Of a stretch of DNA of 26,232 nt, positions 16,512 to 23,435 are shown one piece after another. The notes beneath the pieces were generated by a model. The model was given only the letters and a program-made list of their open reading frames with translations, was not told the DNA's origin and ran no database searches. The position numbers were made by a program, and so were the translations under genes. Position 1 is the stretch's first letter. Each line of letters starts with the position of its first letter. This stretch comes from a virus. Its lineage: Duplodnaviria > Caudoviricetes. The DNA lies in the IMG/VR virus record IMGVR_UViG_3300042402_005809, positions 1 through 26,232 of that record. The stretch is one strand, 5' to 3'.

Positions 16512-17864
16512 ATGTCTAACTTGACTACTTTTGCTGGGGCCAATTACACCCCACCCCTGATACCTGCATCACACGAGCCTGCATTTTGCACTGCGTCGAC
16601 TTCTTCCGTTTTATTTCTTTGGTCGCAAAGCCGCCAGTTAGTTGGGTACATAAACAGGGTTAGCGGAGAGTTTCCAAATTCGGGTACATGGAATAGCAAC
16701 TGGTCCGGTACGCCTTCCTCAAATAGTGGTTGGCAATATTCAGGTACATCCCAGGCAGGCCCGCACGGGCACCACTACCTTAGTGTTACTCCTCAATATG
16801 ATACGTATTCCCTTAGTACTATGTACTATGCACAAAGCTACCAAAGCGCTAATAACTGGCTTCAAGGTGGGGTAAACAGTAGAACCACTGGTATTTGGGT
16901 AAATAAAACAAAACGTGATAACTTGTGTATTCAACAAGCTAATAACGTAGCCTCTTACATCTATACCACGCAAATTTCAACTTTAGGTCGCGGTGCTTTA
17001 ATGGCGCCTCTAACAGCTACAGGAGACATGACAGGTGGTACCGCTGCCGGAATAGCAAACGGGTATAACACTACCGCTACTATGGGTTTAGTAGGATACA
17101 ACGAAACAACCAAAATGTGGGTGACAGCTAGACGTAACGCAAGTTCTAGCGTTACGGTATATGTTTATAAAAACATCCCCGCGCCATCAATGACGTCTAA
17201 CCTAAATAACTACTGGGCTAATTTCAACCACAGTACAAAAATTGCTGTTACTTTTAATTTAGAGTCTCCGAATGATACGTACGATTTTCAATCGTGGAAA
17301 ATTATTCCGTTAGACAACGGCAATATCGCAATTATTAGTAAATCTGCAAGCAGTCTGATCAACTACACGCTTTTAACTGGAAACGCTGGTGTAAATTCTA
17401 CCTCGTGGACAGCTGCTTCTGTCCAAAATTTAAGCACAACAACTTCATACAACAACATTGTCTGGCAAGATAATCTTCCAGCTTTTGTAACCTACGATGG
17501 TAAATACGTTTTTGTTTACACGCAGTATTATTATTATTACTCCGGCATAGTTGGATTTTTTATCCGTGTTTCTGACGGCAAACGAATGACTATAAATTAT
17601 GCGGATTCAACTTATCCTTATAGTGCCGTAATGCTTGGTGATAATAAGGTTACTATTTCATACGGAACCAACTCTGACGGCGGTACAGGACAGGTTTTAT
17701 ATGACTTCGATATTGGCTACTTGATGGATTCTTACGCTACTGGAACAGATGTTAGTTCATATTATCTAACTACGTATATTGATAACCCCAGCGCCAGCAC
17801 AACATATCCAATGATTTGGACGGTACCTTCACCGCTACCACTGTTTAATAAAGGAGTAATCTAA
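16512..17864 (+). CDS. Putative receptor-binding/virion protein, paralogue B
   Basis: 450 aa. Shares WVNKTKRDNLCIQ, GIANGYNTT, VGYNETTKMWV, IPLDNGNIA, TQYYYY and GFFIRVSDG with paralogue A. Confidence 0.65.
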   Translation: MSNLTTFAGANYTPPLIPASHEPAFCTASTSSVLFLWSQSRQLVGYINRVSGEFPNSGTWNSNWSGTPSSNSGWQYSGTSQAGPHGHHYLSVTPQYDTYSLSTMYYAQSYQSANNWLQGGVNSRTTGIWVNKTKRDNLCIQQANNVASYIYTTQISTLGRGALMAPLTATGDMTGGTAAGIANGYNTTATMGLVGYNETTKMWVTARRNASSSVTVYVYKNIPAPSMTSNLNNYWANFNHSTKIAVTFNLESPNDTYDFQSWKIIPLDNGNIAIISKSASSLINYTLLTGNAGVNSTSWTAASVQNLSTTTSYNNIVWQDNLPAFVTYDGKYVFVYTQYYYYYSGIVGFFIRVSDGKRMTINYADSTYPYSAVMLGDNKVTISYGTNSDGGTGQVLYDFDIGYLMDSYATGTDVSSYYLTTYIDNPSASTTYPMIWTVPSPLPLFNKGVI

Positions 17865-18094
17865 TGGCTACTAAGCTTAATTTTTTACCAAACGGAATTG
17901 CCCAAATTTCGGCTGATGGCGAATACAGCGTAAAGGTATCTTCTAAACTACCCCATCGTTTTTCGCTTGTTGATGGAAAAGTTGTGGATAAATATAATGG
18001 TATTTCTGATGAAGAAGTAGTTAAGGCTGACTTTGCTGCGGCCGTTGCTCTAGCCACAGAAAAAGGCGAAGAACCCCCACCACAACCATTCTAA
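17864..18094 (+). CDS. Small hypothetical protein (possible fibre-tip partner/chaperone)
   Basis: 76 aa, TAATG-coupled to both neighbours. Confidence 0.6.
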   Translation: MATKLNFLPNGIAQISADGEYSVKVSSKLPHRFSLVDGKVVDKYNGISDEEVVKADFAAAVALATEKGEEPPPQPF

Positions 18095-18627
18095 TGGCTC
18101 TTAAAGACCACATTAAAGAGAACCACGACAAAGCGGAAAAACATCCCTTTGTTAAGGTTCTTTTATCTGGTCAAATTACGGAAGAGGTCTACGCAGACTA
18201 TCTTTTAAATCAGCTTATTTGCTATGGCCACTTAGAAGAAGCGGCTAAAACTCACGGGTTTTTTGCGGATATAGAAGGTATACAGCGTGCAGAACTGATT
18301 CAAAATGATTTTGTAGAGCTGCTTCGCCCCGCTCAAATCCGCCCCTCTACTTTTGAATATATAAAGCACATAGATAATTTACCCACCGCATTACTGTGGG
18401 CGCATATCTATACCCGCCATTTTGGAGACATGTATGGTGGCCAGGTTATTAAGAAAGTTGTACCTGGTAGTGGCACCATGTATGTGTTTGAGAACCGACA
18501 GGAACTAATTGCAAAAGTGCGTGAAAAGCTTTCCGATGATCTAGCGGATGAGGCAAACAAGGCATTAGAATTTAGCCTTAAACTTTTTGACGAGTTAGCC
18601 GATGCCCACAATCTTCGAACAGCTTGA
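18094..18627 (+). CDS. hemO: Heme oxygenase (biliverdin-producing, HO-1/HemO type)
   Basis: Proximal His helix (KENHDKAEKHPF) and distal helix AHIYTRHFGDMYGGQVIKK matching the heme oxygenase signature. Confidence 0.92.
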   Translation: MALKDHIKENHDKAEKHPFVKVLLSGQITEEVYADYLLNQLICYGHLEEAAKTHGFFADIEGIQRAELIQNDFVELLRPAQIRPSTFEYIKHIDNLPTALLWAHIYTRHFGDMYGGQVIKKVVPGSGTMYVFENRQELIAKVREKLSDDLADEANKALEFSLKLFDELADAHNLRTA

Positions 18628-19249
18628 AAGTACTGCTAAATACTTTAAGACCGTTTTAGGTCGATATAAAGAAGTCGACGAAGGACACCGCTATTCCTGG
18701 CCAAACCATGTTTACCAGGGGCATTATTTCCGTAGAGCACATCTTGACATAGTCGACGCCAGGGAAACAAAGAAGCTCTATATGATGCACTTGTGCATCT
18801 TTCCAAACATCAACGACCCTGCTCCGATCTTTGGGTTTGACATTATCGCTGGCCCAAACAAGGTTACAGGAGCCTTCCATGACTTTAGCCCCGTAGGAGA
18901 GCACCCTCTAAACCAGTGGTTTGCAGACACTGTTAAAAACTACGAATGGACTAAGGAGCGGCAACTTCCTGAGTGGGCTAAAAACATCTTCAGCGGCAAC
19001 ATGGTAGCTGCGGGGAACATCCAAACCGAAGAAGAGCTACAAAAAGTATTGTCCCTGGTAAAGGATAATCTACAGCACTACCTTAAAAGTTTAACCGGGG
19101 GTGGATTACAGGATTACACCTCTAAACAAAACTGGTACTGCTACAACCAAAAGCAGAATCCTCACACCCCACGAGTAATGACTTCGTTGGGATTAGATGA
19201 ACAAGAAGTGCATAGGTTTATCCATGACTGCCTCTTCCCCGAAGTTTAA
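18602..19249 (+). CDS. pcyX: Ferredoxin-dependent bilin reductase, PcyX-type
   Basis: FRRAHLD…MMHLCIFP…PIFGFD…FHDFSP…LPEWA.NIFS…QNWYC..QKQNPHT…LFP. Has H63 and D80 at the PcyA catalytic His/Asp positions, and Asp49 where PcyA has Glu. Adjacent to heme oxygenase. Confidence 0.85.
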   Translation: MPTIFEQLESTAKYFKTVLGRYKEVDEGHRYSWPNHVYQGHYFRRAHLDIVDARETKKLYMMHLCIFPNINDPAPIFGFDIIAGPNKVTGAFHDFSPVGEHPLNQWFADTVKNYEWTKERQLPEWAKNIFSGNMVAAGNIQTEEELQKVLSLVKDNLQHYLKSLTGGGLQDYTSKQNWYCYNQKQNPHTPRVMTSLGLDEQEVHRFIHDCLFPEV

Positions 19250-19266
19250 TTACACAGCCGTCTTAA

Positions 19267-19295
19267 TTGCCTGGCTTGCCTCTTACGGGTATAGT
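19267..19295 (+). promoter_or_regulatory. Putative sigma70-type promoter predicting a leaderless transcript
   Basis: TTGCCT (19267-19272), 17-nt spacer, TATAGT (19290-19295). Canonical +1 falls on the A of ATG 19302. Confidence 0.55.
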
Positions 19296-19301
19296 AAGTA
19301 A

Positions 19302-20447
19302 ATGCTATTCGGCTTTACACCCTTCGCTCGAGTTCCGTTTGCCTCGTTACCGAAGCAAGGTATTCCTGCGCTTGCCGAACTTACAGGGCAAGAGCTTTTA
19401 GCGCTTTTAAACACCCCAAATATCAGCGGGTTTGTTAACGTTTATCCTAACGGCCAGACTATCGCTGGCCTCACCGGTGCCCTTAGGACTGCTTCAGGGT
19501 ATTTATTAAGTGGGCAGACGCTAACTTCTTACATAGAAAACTTAGCGGTTGTTGGTAAAGCCACAACCACCCTTAACGGCTCCGAACTCCTTGGCCAACT
19601 TGGAACCATAAAGACGGGGATCTCTACCTTTATTATTGGGCAAGTTCTTGCTGCAGTGCAAGGTAACTTAGAGACCGATGCAAAGGGTAATGTAGTTTTA
19701 ACCGGTAGTGGCATAGAGGCTCAAATCGCTTCTTTGGCGGTGGCTGCTGGGGCTACCGGCACTTTAAATAGCCAGCTTTTAAATGCTTTGACCGGCACAA
19801 TCACAGCTACCGGGGTAGGTAATGTAACTTTAAATGGCTCCCAGATTGATGCTTTGACAGGATTATTAGCTGTAAGTGGTAAAGCAAATGTAACCATAAC
19901 CGGTGAGCAATTTATTGCTTACATTGAAAGCTTAGTAGTCAAAGCCAACGCTAGCGGAACAATTACTTCTGAGCTTTTACAAGGCTTCCTTGGTACCTTA
20001 AAAGTTACCATTAGTACGACCCTGACCGGGCAGCAAATGGCTGCGATTTTGAACAATCTTGCTGTGACCGCCGATGGTAACGTAACCATCACGTCGCAAG
20101 AGATTGAGGCCTTCATAAACAGCGTGGCAGCCAAGGCAAACGCCCGGGCATTCCCAACCTCACAAACCCTGGTTTCTGCCGAAGGAACTCTTACCGCAAA
20201 AGGTAAGGCAAACGCTACATTAACAGGCATTTCGGCTATTATTCAGGTTACGGATGTGTTAGTATGGGGGCTAGTACCGGACGACCAAAACTCGGTCTGG
20301 AACAACGTAAACGACTCACAAGGAAGCGCTTGGACGCCTGTTGCAGACGTTCAGGCTAGCGCCTGGAGCGAGATACCAAAACCAGTAACCAATTGGACAG
20401 ACGTAGATGATAATCAACCCGACGACTGGACAGACGTAATACACTAA
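19302..20447 (+). CDS. Repetitive virion structural protein (20-22-aa repeats, Trp-repeat tail)
   Basis: MLFGFTPFARVPFASL N-terminus, KANVTITG-type repeats and C-terminal W-x10 repeats. Confidence 0.7.
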   Translation: MLFGFTPFARVPFASLPKQGIPALAELTGQELLALLNTPNISGFVNVYPNGQTIAGLTGALRTASGYLLSGQTLTSYIENLAVVGKATTTLNGSELLGQLGTIKTGISTFIIGQVLAAVQGNLETDAKGNVVLTGSGIEAQIASLAVAAGATGTLNSQLLNALTGTITATGVGNVTLNGSQIDALTGLLAVSGKANVTITGEQFIAYIESLVVKANASGTITSELLQGFLGTLKVTISTTLTGQQMAAILNNLAVTADGNVTITSQEIEAFINSVAAKANARAFPTSQTLVSAEGTLTAKGKANATLTGISAIIQVTDVLVWGLVPDDQNSVWNNVNDSQGSAWTPVADVQASAWSEIPKPVTNWTDVDDNQPDDWTDVIH

Positions 20448-20460
20448 AAGAGGATAAACC

Positions 20461-21996
20461 ATGCCATCCACTTACTCCCCCCGTCTACGATTAGAACTAG
20501 TAGGTTCCGGTGAACAGTCCGGTTTATGGGGCGACACTACCAATAAAAACCTTGGAACCCTGGTCGAACAAGCTATCGCTGGGGTAGCTGTCATCCCACT
20601 AGTTGCCCCAGGCGTTTATATTGTTGAAGCCTTAGACGGTACTTCGGACGAAGCGCGCTGCGCAGTCTTAAAATTTACAGGTTCTCCCGGTGGCGCAGTA
20701 GTTGCCCAGATTCCGTCAACAACCAAACTTTACGTTGTACGTAACGACACTTCACCTGGTCAAACGGTCACTGTCCGCACTGCGGCCCAGGTAGCAAACC
20801 CCTTACTGGGAGGCGTAGTACTTAATGCAGGAGAGGCAACTTTAGTCTTTTCGGACGGCACCTTAGCAATTGCTGGAATTGCAACAGCAGGTGTTGGCCC
20901 AACCACCGTAGCTAATGGTGGTACAGGTGCAACTTCCTTTACAGGTGGTTTTGTAAAATCCCCTGGTGGTACAAGCACATTAACAAGTTCTGCGACCGTA
21001 AATCTTGCCACTGAAGTATCTGGAATACTGCCCGCTGTAAACGGTGGTACCGGGGGCTTACTACCTGCGACCGCTGGTGGTACTGGCACTAACCTCGCCC
21101 CTAGCGCCGGGCAAGTTTTGATTGGCACAACCGGTGGGACGTACACTCCCGCTTTCTTGACCCAAGGGTCAGGCATCACAATCACCCCTAGCTCTGGCGG
21201 CATCACCATATCTGCTTCTGGCGCTGCCAGTGGAGTAACTTCTGTAACGGGTTCTGGCAACATTTCGGTAAGCCCCACAACAGGCAACGTAACTGTAAGC
21301 ATGAGTTCGGCACCTACATTTAGTAGCTATGTGACTTCCCCTACATACTACATTGGTGGTTCGCCTGGAAGTATGTATATCCTAAATAACGGCGGTGAAA
21401 TGGGGTTTGTTGTTAGTGGCCTACAGACAGCTAAGGTAACTAGCAGTGGTCTTGGTTGTCAGGGATTAGCTGTAACCACTAGAGCAACAATAGGTGGCGG
21501 AGCAGCGGGAGGTAATTACAACTTAGACGTAGCCGGGCAATCTGGACAAACTGCAGCTTTTTTTACTACAACAGGAAGCGGCGGAAACGGCATTGCTATC
21601 AACGCAGTGTCTACTGGTAGCTTAGCACTGTTTCAAAGTAACGGAGTTTTTGTTGGTTCCATCACCACTAGTGCTGGCTCTACCTTCTATAACACTACAT
21701 CGGATCGTAGACTTAAATCTAACATCGTTCCGTTTACAAATGCCGGCCCTGTAATAGATGCAATAAAACCTAGACAATTTACTTGGATTGAAACCGGACA
21801 AACAGAAGTTGGTTTTATTGCAGATGAGTTACAACAGGTTGTGCCTAACACTGTTGAAGGGCAACCTAATGCTGTGGATAAAGATGGTAATCCGATATAC
21901 CAACAGGTTGACGTTTCTACCCCCGAAATGATTGCTTTAATGATTGCTGAGTTGCAGTCTCTCCGTAAACGTGTTGCAGCGCTAGAGGCTAAGTAA
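20461..21996 (+). CDS. Tail fibre with C-terminal intramolecular chaperone (peptidase S74-type) domain
   Basis: VANGGTGA shaft motifs and TTSDRRLKSNI…GFIADELQQV…ELQSLRKRVAALE auto-cleaving chaperone signature. RBS GAGG. Confidence 0.85.
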   Translation: MPSTYSPRLRLELVGSGEQSGLWGDTTNKNLGTLVEQAIAGVAVIPLVAPGVYIVEALDGTSDEARCAVLKFTGSPGGAVVAQIPSTTKLYVVRNDTSPGQTVTVRTAAQVANPLLGGVVLNAGEATLVFSDGTLAIAGIATAGVGPTTVANGGTGATSFTGGFVKSPGGTSTLTSSATVNLATEVSGILPAVNGGTGGLLPATAGGTGTNLAPSAGQVLIGTTGGTYTPAFLTQGSGITITPSSGGITISASGAASGVTSVTGSGNISVSPTTGNVTVSMSSAPTFSSYVTSPTYYIGGSPGSMYILNNGGEMGFVVSGLQTAKVTSSGLGCQGLAVTTRATIGGGAAGGNYNLDVAGQSGQTAAFFTTTGSGGNGIAINAVSTGSLALFQSNGVFVGSITTSAGSTFYNTTSDRRLKSNIVPFTNAGPVIDAIKPRQFTWIETGQTEVGFIADELQQVVPNTVEGQPNAVDKDGNPIYQQVDVSTPEMIALMIAELQSLRKRVAALEAK

Positions 21997-22544
21997 TGAT
22001 CTATCTCATCTACCTAGTAATGGTCCCGCTTAATTTACTGGCCACCGTGCTGTGTGTTTTGCTATCACCAATTCTGCCACTGTTTGCTAGGCAAGAATTT
22101 GGGTGGTGTGACAACCACTCATACTGGGGTCCTGGTCCACGATTACCAAAATGGCTAAGCTGGTTTCAGACACCTGACAACTCTTTAGATGGCGACGCAA
22201 CTTTTCAAAAGCTAAATCCGCCTTCGTACATTAGCAAAATTAAATGGTTAATCCGTAACCCAGGCTACGGCTTTGGTGTTAAGTATCTCAACGCGCCGTA
22301 TACAACATCGTATAAGGGCGACCCCTCTATAAAGGACAATGACAATGCTAAGGCTGGGATTTTGTTTGTTCATGCTAACGGTCTTTTCCAGTTTGTTTGG
22401 ATTGCTCCTATTGGCTTTCAACGTTGTTTTTACTTAAACCTGGGTTGGAATATTCGCGGATTAGTAGATCCAAATATCAATCCCAAGCCTGATCCATGGG
22501 AAGCAACCTTTGCCTTTTCACCACGCATTTCAGGATTTAGATAA
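21996..22544 (+). CDS. Membrane-anchored hypothetical protein preceding the lysis genes
   Basis: Hydrophobic N-terminal ~30 aa followed by WLSWFQTPDNSLDGD…WLIRNPGYGF…LNLGWNI. Confidence 0.65.
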   Translation: MIYLIYLVMVPLNLLATVLCVLLSPILPLFARQEFGWCDNHSYWGPGPRLPKWLSWFQTPDNSLDGDATFQKLNPPSYISKIKWLIRNPGYGFGVKYLNAPYTTSYKGDPSIKDNDNAKAGILFVHANGLFQFVWIAPIGFQRCFYLNLGWNIRGLVDPNINPKPDPWEATFAFSPRISGFR

Positions 22545-22912
22545 TGATTTTAGAAACCATCATTGCTGCATTAGTGCCTGTTGGAGTCGAGGGCATTAAA
22601 CAAGTCATAGCACGCTTTACAGGTGGAGTTCGTGCAACCACCATTGCCGAACAGCTGCAGCTTGACCAAAATGAAATTGCAAAACTTCAAGCCTTGGCTG
22701 CTCTTGATAACCCTTACGGCCAACCGAGTCAGTGGGTCATTGACCTACGAGCGTCTAGCCGTTACTTAGGCGCATTGTTTGTGATTGCCGTAGGCATTGG
22801 CACCCTGTTTTTCTCTGTGCCGGAACAGATTCAACGAATTGGTATTGAAGCGGCAAACATTGCGTTTGGCTTTTTGTTTGGTACTCGAATTGTTGCTAAT
22901 CTGAAACGATGA
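22544..22912 (+). CDS. Putative holin
   Basis: 122 aa with 2-3 hydrophobic segments and a basic C-terminus. ATGA overlap with the endolysin. Confidence 0.6.
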   Translation: MILETIIAALVPVGVEGIKQVIARFTGGVRATTIAEQLQLDQNEIAKLQALAALDNPYGQPSQWVIDLRASSRYLGALFVIAVGIGTLFFSVPEQIQRIGIEAANIAFGFLFGTRIVANLKR

Positions 22913-23430
22913 AACAAAATTTTGACGAATGCCTAAATATGCTGCTGGCCCACGAGGGAGGATTCTCTAACCACAGCCAAGACCCAGGAGGCATGACTAA
23001 CCTTGGAGTTACAAAGGCCGTCTATGAAGCTTGGGTAGGTCATCCCGTCGATGAAAAGAAAATGCGGGCATTAACGCCCGCAGACGTTGCGCCGCTTTAC
23101 CGTAAGAAATACTGGAATGTGGTTCGTGGCGATGAGCTACAAGCTGGACTGGATTACACCATTTTTGATTATGCTGTGAATTCAGGTAATGGCAGGGCGA
23201 TCAAAGCCTTACAAAGTTGCGTTGGCGTACCTGCCGATGGAGCCTTTGGCCCAAAAACCTTTGCTGCTGTAGCACAGTTCAAGGACCACGGAACTAGGTC
23301 TTTGATTGAAGAAATACACGATGAGCGTTTAAATTTTTTAAAAGGCCTAAAGACCTGGCCTGTGTTTGGCAGGGGATGGGAACGCCGAGTTAAAGAAGTC
23401 AAAGAAAAATCTTTGGTCATGTCAGGATAA
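22909..23430 (+). CDS. Endolysin, glycoside hydrolase family 108 with C-terminal peptidoglycan-binding domain
   Basis: HEGGFSNHSQDPGGMTNLGVT…YRKKYW…FDYAVNSG…FGRGWERRV. Confidence 0.9.
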   Translation: MKQNFDECLNMLLAHEGGFSNHSQDPGGMTNLGVTKAVYEAWVGHPVDEKKMRALTPADVAPLYRKKYWNVVRGDELQAGLDYTIFDYAVNSGNGRAIKALQSCVGVPADGAFGPKTFAAVAQFKDHGTRSLIEEIHDERLNFLKGLKTWPVFGRGWERRVKEVKEKSLVMSG

Positions 23431-23435
23431 CTTCT

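Noticed and set aside
15115-17864. Diversity-generating retroelement or invertible tail-fibre switch
   Set aside because: No reverse transcriptase or invertase is present. The copies are in direct orientation and diverged throughout, not only at adenines.
18602-19249. Calling the reductase PcyA or PebS and inferring a cyanophage
   Set aside because: Asp instead of Glu in RRAHLD, plus the retained His63, fits PcyX better. No photosynthesis genes are in the window, so the host cannot be assigned.
267-23420. Numerous minus-strand track ORFs (e.g. 320..625, 1882..2235, 6172..6489, 20760..21302)
   Set aside because: They are antisense shadows of well-supported + strand genes, with no recognisable motifs.
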